58,693 bases of DNA from Senegalimassilia sp. (GCA_963661535.1 CAVLCC010000004.1:1-58693), one strand, 5' to 3'; positions 18,518 to 27,923 are shown, numbered from the stretch's first letter. Notes: generated by a model not told the origin, from the sequence alone. Program-made: numbers and translations.

Positions 18518-18533
18518 AAACTATATGCTGTGC
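18518..18533. promoter_or_regulatory. Second, weaker NrdR-box-like site AAACTATATGCTGTGC
   Basis: 12/16 match to the same pattern, starting 51 bp after the first box. Confidence 0.35.
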
Positions 18534-18616
18534 AACCGTCATAAAAACTTTAGTCATAAAAAAACGTGCAGCAAAAAAAGAGTGCAAACCAACAAAACAA
18601 AAAAGGAGTCTTGTAG

Positions 18617-20983
18617 ATGAGGGACAGGGAAGTTCTCACAACATCTGGTGTCACATTTTTGGTCGAAAGCATCATCAAAAGAGATGGAAGATCTGCTCCA
18701 TTTGATGAGTCTAAGATCACAGATGCAATTGATAAAGCGTTTATAGCATCTGGAAATCTTAATGGCAGAAAGACGGCAGAAAGTCTAGCCGATCAAGTTG
18801 TTGTTAAGCTTTCGGCAGGAGCTATTGAGGGATGCCCTACAGTCGAGGGCGTTCAAGATTTGGTTGAAGAAGTCTTGATTGAAAATGGATTTGTTCAAAC
18901 AGCCAAGCGCTATATTCGTTATCGTGATGAGAGAAGTCGCATTCGCGAATCTAATACATCACTAATGAAGACTCTTGACGAAATAACATCATCAGATGCT
19001 CTTGACTCCAATATAAAACGCGAAAATGCAAATATCGATGCCGATACAGCAATGGGCACAATGCTTAAGTATGGTTCCGAATCGGCCAAAAAATACTACG
19101 AGATGAAAGTGATTGCTCCTGAGTTCTCTAAGGCACATAGAGAGGGAGACATTCATATTCATGACATGGATTTTTATACCCTCACAACTACTTGCACTCA
19201 AATTGATATTATTAAGCTTTTCCACGATGGATTTTCTACAGGACATGGCGTGTTGCGCGAGCCAAACTCAATTACGAGTTATTCTGCGCTGGCATGCATT
19301 GCTATTCAGTCTAATCAAAATGATCAACATGGCGGTCAGGCAATTTGCAACTTTGACTACGGAATGGCACTAGGCGTTGCCAAAACATATAAGAGCAAAT
19401 ATAAAAAGAACCTTTGTGCTGCCTTTGATTTGCTATGTGGTCTAAAGGATAAGTCGGAGCTTATCAAAGAAGTTGTAGACAATGTATGCGTAGAGACTGG
19501 CAAAAAGCCAGCACTTAGCATGGATGAAGATTATGTGATTGTCGAGAAGAAAGCACTGCTAGATGCTCTAGATGTAGAAGAAAAAGAGGTTGATCGCGCT
19601 CAAGAGTATGCGGCTCGCTCAGCAGTAGCAGATACTGATAGAGCAACTTATCAGGCTATGGAGGCTTTTATCCACAACCTAAACACGATGCACTCTCGCG
19701 CAGGAGCACAAACTCCATTTTCGTCAATTAACTACGGGATGGATACATCTCCTGAGGGACGCATGGTTGTGCGCAACATTTTGCTTGCTACCGAGGCAGG
19801 TCTTGGCAATGGCGAAACACCAATATTCCCAATTCAGATTTTTAGAGTAAAAGATGGCGTGAGCTATAACCCTGGCGATCCAAATTATGACCTGTTTAAG
19901 CTCGCTTGCAGATGTTCTGCAAAAAGGCTATTTCCAAACTTCTCATTTCAAGATGCTCCTTATAATTTGCAATATTACAAGGGCACTCCAGAAACAGAGA
20001 TTGCATACATGGGATGCAGAACTCGTGTAATGGGCAACGCTTATGACAGAGCTCGTGAGGTAACACCAGGCAGAGGCAACTTGAGTTTTACGTCAATCAA
20101 TTTGCCTCGCTTAGGCATTAGAAGCAAGGGCGATATTGAGCTTTTCTTTGAACTTCTAGACAGCAAACTCGACTTGGTTTGCAGACAGCTTATGGAACGT
20201 TTTGAAATTCAATGCAGAAAAAAGGTCTACAACGCCCCATTTTTGATGGGACAAGGTGTGTGGATTGATTCTGATAAGCTTTCATGGACAGACGAGCAGC
20301 GCGAGGTTCTAAAGCACGGCACGCTTTCTGTTGGCTTTATCGGGCTAGCAGAGACACTAGTTGCTTTAATTGGCGAGCACCATGGACAAAGTGAGCGTGC
20401 TCAAAACCTAGGTCTTGAGATTGTGGGCTATATGCGCGACTATCTTGATAGAAAGTCTCAACAGATGCACCTTAACTTTACGCTTTTGGCAACCCCTGCT
20501 GAGGGGCTTTCAGGTCGCTTTGTGCGCATGGATCGTGAGCGTTATGGATCGCTTGCAGGAATTACAAGCCGCGACTATTACACAAACAGTTTCCATGTTC
20601 CTGTGTATTATGAGATTTCTGCCTTTGATAAGCTTTCGATAGAAGCTCCATATCATGCGCTTACTAATGCTGGGCATATTAGCTATGTTGAACTTGATGG
20701 AGATCCACTAGATAACCTCGAGGCATTTGAGGCAGTCATTCGTCATATGCACGACTGCGGCATTGGATATGGTTCAATCAATCATCCAGTTGATAGAGAT
20801 CCAGTGTGTGGATACAACGGAATAATTGGAGATACTTGCCCAAAGTGCGGTAGATCTGAAAGTGAGGGCGGACCTAAGTTCGAGCGTATCCGCCGAATTA
20901 CTGGATACCTAGTAGGAACTCTAGACAGGTTCAATGATGGCAAGAGGGCAGAAGAACACGACAGAGTTAAGCATGGCATTTAG
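18617..20983 (+). CDS. nrdD: Anaerobic ribonucleoside-triphosphate reductase (class III)
   Basis: AAGGAG SD. N-terminal ATP-cone (IIKRDGRSAPFDESKI). C-terminal Zn ribbon CGYNG..CPKCG. Glycyl-radical tail RRITGYLVG. Confidence 0.95.
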   Translation: MRDREVLTTSGVTFLVESIIKRDGRSAPFDESKITDAIDKAFIASGNLNGRKTAESLADQVVVKLSAGAIEGCPTVEGVQDLVEEVLIENGFVQTAKRYIRYRDERSRIRESNTSLMKTLDEITSSDALDSNIKRENANIDADTAMGTMLKYGSESAKKYYEMKVIAPEFSKAHREGDIHIHDMDFYTLTTTCTQIDIIKLFHDGFSTGHGVLREPNSITSYSALACIAIQSNQNDQHGGQAICNFDYGMALGVAKTYKSKYKKNLCAAFDLLCGLKDKSELIKEVVDNVCVETGKKPALSMDEDYVIVEKKALLDALDVEEKEVDRAQEYAARSAVADTDRATYQAMEAFIHNLNTMHSRAGAQTPFSSINYGMDTSPEGRMVVRNILLATEAGLGNGETPIFPIQIFRVKDGVSYNPGDPNYDLFKLACRCSAKRLFPNFSFQDAPYNLQYYKGTPETEIAYMGCRTRVMGNAYDRAREVTPGRGNLSFTSINLPRLGIRSKGDIELFFELLDSKLDLVCRQLMERFEIQCRKKVYNAPFLMGQGVWIDSDKLSWTDEQREVLKHGTLSVGFIGLAETLVALIGEHHGQSERAQNLGLEIVGYMRDYLDRKSQQMHLNFTLLATPAEGLSGRFVRMDRERYGSLAGITSRDYYTNSFHVPVYYEISAFDKLSIEAPYHALTNAGHISYVELDGDPLDNLEAFEAVIRHMHDCGIGYGSINHPVDRDPVCGYNGIIGDTCPKCGRSESEGGPKFERIRRITGYLVGTLDRFNDGKRAEEHDRVKHGI

Positions 20984-21024
20984 GCTTTGTTGGTTTTGTT
21001 GGCTTTAACGCGGGCGTAGCAGGC

Positions 21025-21525
21025 ATGCAAATTCGTATATCTGGAACAGTAAACGATTCTATAGTAGACGGTCCTGGGTTTAGATTTTCAATATTTACTC
21101 AGGGCTGTCCCCATTTTTGTCCAGGGTGTCAAAATCCCAGCACTCACAGCATGGACGGCGGAGAGGTTGTTGACACTCAAGAGCTCATTGATGCTATAGA
21201 GGCCAACCCGCTTCTAAAAGGGGTTACGCTCACAGGAGGGGAGCCTTTTGTGCAGCCCGCGCCCTTAATTGAAATTGCTAGGTGGTGCCACGAGTACAAT
21301 CTCGATGTGTGGGCATATTCTGGATACACATTTGAGGAGCTGGTATCGTGCTCAGTTGGAGAGGAAGCTGCAAAGCTTCTTAAAAACTGTGATGTGCTAG
21401 TAGACGGACCTTATATAGAAGAACAAAAATCTATGCAAGCACAGTGGAGAGGTTCGCTCAATCAACGAATTATTGATGTTAAACAAACGCTAGAGAGTGG
21501 CCAGATCGTTGAGTATGTGTGTTAG
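21025..21525 (+). CDS. nrdG: Anaerobic RNR activating protein (radical SAM)
   Basis: Motif DGPGFRFSIFTQGCPHFCPGCQN (CxxxCxxC). 166 aa, immediately downstream of nrdD. Confidence 0.9.
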   Translation: MQIRISGTVNDSIVDGPGFRFSIFTQGCPHFCPGCQNPSTHSMDGGEVVDTQELIDAIEANPLLKGVTLTGGEPFVQPAPLIEIARWCHEYNLDVWAYSGYTFEELVSCSVGEEAAKLLKNCDVLVDGPYIEEQKSMQAQWRGSLNQRIIDVKQTLESGQIVEYVC

Positions 21526-21702
21526 CGCACAGATAAACTACCTTCAAGAAAAAATGAATGTTATGGTGCAAGTCATAAATGAGGCAAATTTACGCCAGTT
21601 AGTGAGTTTGTTGATGATTGGCAAGGAGACTTTCGTGGAGAGTGTACGAGAGAGATAACTAAACTCTGTTAATTCTTTTTTAGACAATTAACTTTTAGAT
21701 AC

Positions 21703-21739
21703 AAAAAAGCCGCATTGAAAAATGCGGCTTGTTTGATTT
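21703..21739. terminator. Bidirectional rho-independent terminator (nrdDG on the plus strand, tRNA-Asp on the minus strand)
   Basis: 10-bp stem aagccgcatt / aatgcggctt with a gaaa loop. It is flanked by aaaaaa upstream and gtttgattt downstream. It abuts the 3' end of tRNA-Asp. Confidence 0.75.
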
Positions 21740-21743
21740 AAAA

Positions 21744-21820
21744 TGGCGGGATGTACGAGACTTGAACTCGCGACCTCTGGCGTGACAGGCCAGCGCTCTA
21801 ACCAGCTGAGCTAACACCCC
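21744..21820 (-). tRNA. tRNA-Asp (anticodon GTC)
   Basis: Reverse complement reads GGGGTGTTAGCTCAGCTGGTTAGAGCGCTGGCCTGTCACGCCAGAGGTCGCGAGTTCAAGTCTCGTACATCCCGCCA. Anticodon stem-loop CTGGC-CTGTCAC-GCCAG. Encoded CCA. Confidence 0.95.
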
Positions 21821-22132
21821 GTGCTACAAACTGTTATTGTTTAACGCAGCGTTGAAGATAATATCTTTTTTGCGCTACTGTGTCTATATAAAGTTTTAAT
21901 TTTGTCGAAAAGCGTCTAAATAAGACGGCGGGCGGCAATTTGTACCAAATTTTAAGAGTTTTGGTGCTTTTGGCAGATATTTCAAGAATATAAAACATAT
22001 TCAAAACACGCATTGATCTAACAGGCATTATTAAACCATGAGATTTAAAAAATGTAAGTTAGGGAGTTCTAGGCTTTCTTTCAAACTTTATGCAACTGTT
22101 GCAGTTAGTTTAAAACGTTGCGGTTAGTGTTG

Positions 22133-22149
22133 CGGTTAGTTTGCGAAGT
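22133..22149. repeat. 17-bp motif CGGTTAGTTTGCGAAGT (copy 2 of 2) within a GTTGCGGTTAGT mini-array
   Basis: Exact copy of 3212..3228, preceded by gcagttagttt / gttgcggttagt / gttgcggttagt (22100-22140). Confidence 0.5.
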
Positions 22150-22279
22150 AACGAAAAAACTTCTAAAAAACTAAAAAGTGCACACTCAATAAGTATGTGT
22201 ATATGCGAAAATAAAACAAGATAAGTATCTATAACGTTGTATAATTCTCACTCACAAATAATTAGGCTTATGGAGATTT

Positions 22280-23014
22280 ATGACGAATTTGGCAACAGAA
22301 AAAAACAAAACAAGCGATAGCAGTGATAATAAAGACATTAATGCCGCACTACCAAAAGTGAGAATTGCTGTTTTTGATATTGATGGCACTATTATAGATG
22401 GACAATCTCCTGCTATTATTACGCTAAGGCTTTTTATCGATGGTTTGTTGGGTCTAGGAACTGCAATACAAGCGGGTATATGGGGGCTAAAATACAAAGC
22501 TGGACTCACAACAAATACAACTGAGGTTAGGCAAAAAGTTTTTAAGAGCTTAACAAAAATTCCGGCAGAAGAGGTTAATCAAATTATGGAGAAGATCTAT
22601 AGAAAAAGGGTTGCTCCAAGAATTAGAGAAAAAGCTCTGTCGCAAATTCAGTGGCATAAAAATCGTGGAGATATTGTGATATTTATCTCGGCATCGTTTG
22701 ATTGTGTAGTTCAACTTTTGGCAGATGAAACGCAGGTTTATAGGCAAACTTCTACCAAAATGGAAATAAAAGACGGGTATTATACTGGAAAGGTAGACGG
22801 TCTTCCGGTCGAAGGCGACCAAAAACCACTATGCTTAGTTCAATATGCAAATGAGGAGTTTGGTGAAGGTAACTGGGTTTTAGATTATTCGTATGCTGAC
22901 CATGGGACGGATATTCCGATATTAGAGATGTCTCAGCATCCTGTGGCTGTAAATCCAAAACGAGAATTAAAAACAGTTGCACAAAGGCGTGGTTGGGATA
23001 TAGTTGAGTGGTAG
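22280..23014 (+). CDS. HAD-IB family hydrolase (SerB-like phosphatase fold)
   Basis: GGAGA SD. Motif I VFDIDGTIIDG (DxDxT), motif II FISASF, C-terminal acidic motif YADHGTDIPILE. Confidence 0.8.
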   Translation: MTNLATEKNKTSDSSDNKDINAALPKVRIAVFDIDGTIIDGQSPAIITLRLFIDGLLGLGTAIQAGIWGLKYKAGLTTNTTEVRQKVFKSLTKIPAEEVNQIMEKIYRKRVAPRIREKALSQIQWHKNRGDIVIFISASFDCVVQLLADETQVYRQTSTKMEIKDGYYTGKVDGLPVEGDQKPLCLVQYANEEFGEGNWVLDYSYADHGTDIPILEMSQHPVAVNPKRELKTVAQRRGWDIVEW

Positions 23015-23038
23015 GGTTTTGATTTTAAGGAGGATGAC

Positions 23039-24514
23039 GTGGATTTTTTACAAGAAAGCCATTCGTCCGATGGATTTGATGGTCGTTCTGAGGCATATAT
23101 AAATGCTGCTGAAAAAGCTGTGAGAGAAAATCACAAAAAGTTGGCCATTCATTTATATATAGCTGCATTTGAGCAAGAAAATGTTGATAACGTAATTCCT
23201 AGTCAGGCTGTGCTCGATGGCATGAGTACTGCGTGGGACATTGCATGCGAAATAGGAGACAAAAGTAGCGCAGAGATTATTTTTATGCAGTTATCTCCTT
23301 ATAGTTCGCCTGAGCAGGTTCAAAAGCGTGTCAAACAGCTTCAGGAAATGGCTGTTAATCAGCTAAAAGAGATGGGTGTTCCAGACGACTGCATCGACCG
23401 TATTTCTCCTGCAAATGAGGCTATAGCTTTGCCAGATGATATTGATCCTGAAGATTATATCGAAGCCTTGCAGCTTGATGATGAAGTCGAAGGTAGCGCC
23501 GCTGCATCCCATGGCAAAATTGAATCTGGGTCTGCAAATCCCATGGATATAATCAAGCAACTTGGGGGTGTGGTTGCTCCAAAGTTTGAGTTTAAGAAGT
23601 TCAAAAACCTAGTGGGCTATGACGCAGAGTTAAAGCAAATGTGCGTATATGGTTTTGAGTCTGCGGGCGACCAAGATTTTAGGCGCTTTATCAAAGAGAA
23701 TTCGGAGTTTCATGGCATTGAAGAGATGTCTTTGCTCGACCCGTTTGTGATACAAGGTCCTTCGCGCGAGGATCTTTATGAGTTTGCTCAAGCAACAGCA
23801 GGTGAGATTGCAAATCCAATTGTTACTCTGCATGTTAGAACTGATGACGAGGGCATTTGGACGATGCGTCTTTCGGGACCTTTTAAAAAGGGAATTTTTG
23901 GAATGGCAGATCCTAGCGACGTTCCAACCCCGTGCACATTCATTATAGAAAACATTGATCTTTTGCAAGAGTTCATGAAAGTAACTATGCATAATGAGTT
24001 CGATTATGAAGATGATATTGTGTTTTCACATTCAGCATCTAGGGGTTATGGCGAGGTATTGTCATACATTTATACGATGATGAATAAGCCAGGGGTGTTT
24101 ACTATTGCTACGTCGGCTAAAAATGACATTGAATTTTTGCCCCAGTTTGGCGACTTATTTGCAACTGCTCAAACAATTGATGTTGGATATCCAAATATAG
24201 AGGAACGCAAAGAAATTTGGCGTTTGTTTGCGGGGGAACATGCATCTTTTGCAACAATTAACTTGGATGCTTTGTCGGAGATTTCGGCTGGTGTGTCGAG
24301 GCACGATCTTGTAATTGCCGGACGCAATGCGGTTCGCGATGCATATCGTAAATCTATTAGTAACAAAAACTTTGAGTTTGTTGATATCAAAGACGTTTTA
24401 TATGAGTTGGTGCCTTTTGTATCTGACGAAAAGCTCGGACAATCAATTGAAGATGCAGCCGCTAAGGCGTTCTCATGCGAACTAGAAGGGTTTTTGTCTG
24501 ACATTGATGAGTAA
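23039..24514 (+). CDS. AAA-fold protein with degenerate Walker A/B motifs and an N-terminal helical (MIT-like?) domain
   Basis: GTG start 6 nt after AAGGAGGA, 24 nt after the HAD gene stop. FVIQGPSREDLYEFA sits where GPPGTGKT is expected and TFIIENID where hhhhDE is expected. The AAA lid-like segment IDVGYPNIEERKEIWRLFAGEH...GVSRHDLVIAGRNAVRDAY is conserved. No GxxxxGK[ST] occurs anywhere in the protein. Confidence 0.7.
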   Translation: MDFLQESHSSDGFDGRSEAYINAAEKAVRENHKKLAIHLYIAAFEQENVDNVIPSQAVLDGMSTAWDIACEIGDKSSAEIIFMQLSPYSSPEQVQKRVKQLQEMAVNQLKEMGVPDDCIDRISPANEAIALPDDIDPEDYIEALQLDDEVEGSAAASHGKIESGSANPMDIIKQLGGVVAPKFEFKKFKNLVGYDAELKQMCVYGFESAGDQDFRRFIKENSEFHGIEEMSLLDPFVIQGPSREDLYEFAQATAGEIANPIVTLHVRTDDEGIWTMRLSGPFKKGIFGMADPSDVPTPCTFIIENIDLLQEFMKVTMHNEFDYEDDIVFSHSASRGYGEVLSYIYTMMNKPGVFTIATSAKNDIEFLPQFGDLFATAQTIDVGYPNIEERKEIWRLFAGEHASFATINLDALSEISAGVSRHDLVIAGRNAVRDAYRKSISNKNFEFVDIKDVLYELVPFVSDEKLGQSIEDAAAKAFSCELEGFLSDIDE

Positions 24515-24635
24515 GGATCTGTGGGCTTTTGGAGGGGTATACCTAGAGCGTTTGATGCTTGAGGCATATTTCGCTCGTGCATAAACACTAGGATTGCCCC
24601 CTTAAGTTTCAGCTCCTATTTGCTCCCATTAACAC

Positions 24636-25913
24636 TTATTCTTGTGGCAAATTTGCAAAGTCATATAAGAGCTCTTCTTCTACATCAATAAAACTTTGCT
24701 TTGTTTGGTGTGCAATGCGAGCCACATCATCGTGTTCTGGTCTAATCCAGCTTTGTCTTTTGCAAGGTTCATCTGGCCAGGCGAGTTTAAAGTTTACACT
24801 TCCATATCTCGTGTTCACTGCGCACGATTTGCGCGGTGCAACGCTTCGTTCTACAACGCATCTTCTTACACCCAAAGAGCCAGTGTATTTGCTAGTTGTC
24901 TCGCATAGACGATACGTATCTTGAGGTTTAACAAGCACATTTAAAATACAACCCAGACGTCCCTTTTTCATTGCAATAGGCTCTTGCCATACATCTAGTG
25001 CTCCTGCGTCTAATAACTCCTCGCAGCAAGATGCAGCATTTTCTGCGCTAATATGGTCGATATTGGTTTGCAACAGCACGCATCCCTCAATATACATTTT
25101 GTGAGTTTCTTGCGCATTGAGTTGCACTTCGGGCTCCACGGCACTTATAGATTTTCCAACTATGATGCGCAAAGCATTGGGAATAAGCGGGATGGTGCGT
25201 GTTCCAAAACCTGTTCCAATTGCACATGGAATCATTGGAGGAGCTGGACACCATCTTGTTACATTTGCCTTTAGAAGCGCAGCTCCTGTTGGCGTTGTTA
25301 GTTCGCCTTCGTTTGCACCGGCTTGAACTGGCATAGACACACAAATAAGTGCAGTTGCGGGAGCTGGAACGGGTAGCGTTCCGTGTGCACACTCAACGGT
25401 TCCGTATCCTAGTGTAACAACCGACGAGCATAGCGTTTGAATTTGGAGCACATCGAGCAAAACGCAGGCACCCACAATATCTACTATTGAGTCAATTGCA
25501 CCTACTTCATGAAAGGCCACATCATCAATATCCACTCCATGTACTTCAGCTTCCGCGGCAGCTATAATCTCAAAAGTACGCGTTGCTCTATCAAAAGCAC
25601 CTTTGGTAATTTGGTCGTTTTTAAGCCAGTTCTCAAGCATAGATTTAATGCTACTCCAAGTTGTGTGCTCATGATTATGATGGGGGTTATTTTGGTTGTC
25701 TATGTTATCGCGCGGCTCAACTTTCATCCCCATCCCTAAAATTGCGCTATCTCGCCTTTGACTAAAAGTAACTAGAGCATGTGGAATTAGCACGCCAAAA
25801 AGCTCCACAAATTTATGTTCATCATATAGTCCGAGTTTTTTAGCTGCTTGGAGAAGTGCGCATACTATCTTGTCTCCTGATGCGCCTGTAGAAACATCAA
25901 TATATCCAATCAT
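24636..25913 (-). CDS. larC: LarC, nickel insertion (CTP-dependent cyclometallase) protein
   Basis: N-terminal MIGYIDVSTGASGDKIVCALL is typical of LarC. 425 aa fused form. 4-bp overlap with larB. Confidence 0.88.
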   Translation of the reverse strand: MIGYIDVSTGASGDKIVCALLQAAKKLGLYDEHKFVELFGVLIPHALVTFSQRRDSAILGMGMKVEPRDNIDNQNNPHHNHEHTTWSSIKSMLENWLKNDQITKGAFDRATRTFEIIAAAEAEVHGVDIDDVAFHEVGAIDSIVDIVGACVLLDVLQIQTLCSSVVTLGYGTVECAHGTLPVPAPATALICVSMPVQAGANEGELTTPTGAALLKANVTRWCPAPPMIPCAIGTGFGTRTIPLIPNALRIIVGKSISAVEPEVQLNAQETHKMYIEGCVLLQTNIDHISAENAASCCEELLDAGALDVWQEPIAMKKGRLGCILNVLVKPQDTYRLCETTSKYTGSLGVRRCVVERSVAPRKSCAVNTRYGSVNFKLAWPDEPCKRQSWIRPEHDDVARIAHQTKQSFIDVEEELLYDFANLPQE

Positions 25914-26644
25914 TGCTTCTCACCAATCCAAAAAGGCATGTTTATTTTGTGTGCAATTTGCCCCGCTCCAAAACCATTGTCGATATTTACAACACTAACA
26001 CCCGCAGCGCAGCTATTGATCATCGAAAGCAATGCAGCAATGCCTCCTAAGTTAGCTCCATATCCCACGCTGGTAGGTACTGCAATAACCGGTGCTTGCA
26101 CTAGGCCTGCAACAAGGGAGGGGAGGGCTCCTTCCATTCCTGCAACACAAACAATTACTCGCGCAGATCTAAGGGTGTTAGTTTGTGAGAGGGTTCTGTG
26201 CACACCTGCAATTCCAATGTCAGGAATCAAATTTACATGAGAACCCATCAAACAAGCTGTAAGAGCGGCTTCTTCTGCAACAAATAAGTCGCTGGTTCCC
26301 GCACAACACACAACTATGTTGCCGCTTTGAGGCTCGCAAGGAACTGTAGCAAGCACCTGTTCGGTTGAGTTTGCACAAGATGCATTGCGGCTATCGCGTC
26401 TATCCACAAACAAAAATTGCGGGGTTTCAATATATGTTGCATCAGGAATTTGCTTGGTGATATATGCGGCTTTATCGTTGTCAACCCTAGTTGCTACCAC
26501 TAAATTTGTATGTTCCAAAAGTTCCAAACAAATAGATGCAATCTGCTGTGCAGTTTTGCCAAGCCCAAATATTACCTCAGAAAAACCGCACCTGCTTTGC
26601 CTCTCAAAATCTATGTTTGCAAAGTTCTTAATATCTAAATCCAT
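25910..26644 (-). CDS. larB: LarB, pyridinium-3,5-biscarboxylic acid mononucleotide synthase (PurE-like)
   Basis: ORF extends to 26734, but the Met at 26644 (MDLDIKNFANIDFERQSRCGFSEVIFG) has AGGAGA 6 nt upstream. Motifs CCAGTSDLFVAEEA and VAGMEGALPSLVAG. Confidence 0.88.
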   Translation of the reverse strand: MDLDIKNFANIDFERQSRCGFSEVIFGLGKTAQQIASICLELLEHTNLVVATRVDNDKAAYITKQIPDATYIETPQFLFVDRRDSRNASCANSTEQVLATVPCEPQSGNIVVCCAGTSDLFVAEEAALTACLMGSHVNLIPDIGIAGVHRTLSQTNTLRSARVIVCVAGMEGALPSLVAGLVQAPVIAVPTSVGYGANLGGIAALLSMINSCAAGVSVVNIDNGFGAGQIAHKINMPFWIGEKQ

Positions 26645-26826
26645 AGCTGATCTCCTACAACTTCGGTTTGTTGTATGGGTATGATTGTCGCATATACATC
26701 TTATATTGATTAGTTGTAAATTGATGAATACCATTTAGATTATTGTGAGAAAATGGGTTTTGAGGCTGCAAGAGTTTGAATATGAGCGTTTGGAATGTAC
26801 AGCGATTTTGAAAAAGGATTACACAC

Positions 26827-27783
26827 ATGAAATCTCTTTATAAATTATATGAGGATTGCACTTTATGTCCAAGGCAGTGCCATGTTAATAGGAGCGCAGG
26901 GCAGCTTGGATTTTGTGGAGCGTCCGATAAAGTTAGGGTGGCTCGTGCGGCGTTGCATTATTGGGAGGAGCCTCCTATATCGGCAGATAATGGATCTGGA
27001 ACAGTGTTTTTTGCCCATTGTCAGCTTCAGTGTGTGTATTGTCAAAATAGCCAAATATCTAGGGCCAAAATAGACAGCACGCAAGATTGGACAGGTATAG
27101 AAGTAACTGCCGACATGCTAGCAGATATTTTTTTGGATCTCGAATCTAAAGGAGCTAACAACATAAACTTGGTGTCGTCAACGCAGTATTTGCCAACAGT
27201 AGCAGAAGGTATTTACCGTGCTAAAACAAAGGGGTTGGCTATCCCTGTTGTGTTTAATTCGGGGGGATACGAAAGCGTATCAACTTTAAGGGCAATAAGC
27301 GGGCTTATTGATGTTTATCTCGTTGACTTTAAACACTGGAACTCAGATGCTGCATCTCGATATGCTCATGCTCCCAATTATCCAGAGGTTGCACGTCTTG
27401 CGATTAAAGAAATGGTTTTGCAAACTGGCGCACCTGATTATATGGAAATGAAAACCGGAGAAGAAATTTTATCTAGAGGCACAATTGTTAGACACTTGTT
27501 GTTGCCAGGACAGCTCGATGATGCAGAAGATATTGTTAGGTATCTTGGAACAGAATATGGCGGCGAGATTATATTGAGTTTAATGAGCCAGTATATTCCA
27601 CTTGTTGATTGCACAAAATACCCCGAGATTGCATGCAAAATTGACATGTGTGACTACGACAATCTAGTGGATTTGGCATGTGCATTTGATTTTGATGAGT
27701 GTTTTATTCAAGAAGAAGAGTCTGCGGATACGCAGTATATTCCTAGTTTTGATGGTTCGGGTGTTTTGAGAGCACCTGTTTAG
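26827..27783 (+). CDS. Radical SAM protein (PflX-like, putative glycyl-radical/other activase family)
   Basis: N-terminal Cys cluster CTLCPRQCHVNR..GFCG and the radical SAM triad CQLQCVYCQN. 318 aa. Confidence 0.8.
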   Translation: MKSLYKLYEDCTLCPRQCHVNRSAGQLGFCGASDKVRVARAALHYWEEPPISADNGSGTVFFAHCQLQCVYCQNSQISRAKIDSTQDWTGIEVTADMLADIFLDLESKGANNINLVSSTQYLPTVAEGIYRAKTKGLAIPVVFNSGGYESVSTLRAISGLIDVYLVDFKHWNSDAASRYAHAPNYPEVARLAIKEMVLQTGAPDYMEMKTGEEILSRGTIVRHLLLPGQLDDAEDIVRYLGTEYGGEIILSLMSQYIPLVDCTKYPEIACKIDMCDYDNLVDLACAFDFDECFIQEEESADTQYIPSFDGSGVLRAPV

Positions 27784-27807
27784 GCATGTTAGGTATGTTT
27801 TCGCAAG

Positions 27808-27875
27808 GGTTAGAACTCGTTTAGAATTTGGTTAGCTTTTGGTTAAATTTGGTTATACATTTTGGTAAGTTTTGC
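27808..27875. repeat. Helically phased GGTTA(G/A)-T-tract array upstream of the surface-protein gene
   Basis: ggttagaactcg-tttagaattt-ggttagctttt-ggttaaattt-ggttatacatttt-ggtaagttttgc, with a period of about 10-13 bp, ending about 50 bp before the ATG at 27924. Confidence 0.55.
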
Positions 27876-27923
27876 TTTGTAGAGTTGTTCTTGCAATGGT
27901 TTTTATAACTTAGGAGGACAACC

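Noticed and set aside
21554-21658. 34-codon ORF (MNVMVQVINEANLRQLVSLLMIGKETFVESVRER) between nrdG and the terminator
   Set aside because: It has no convincing SD and no recognisable family, and at this length it cannot be supported from sequence alone. It could be checked by ribosome profiling.
26645-26734. 30-codon N-terminal extension of larB
   Set aside because: It is Cys/Asn/Ile-rich and unlike LarB. A strong AGGAGA SD precedes the internal Met at 26644.
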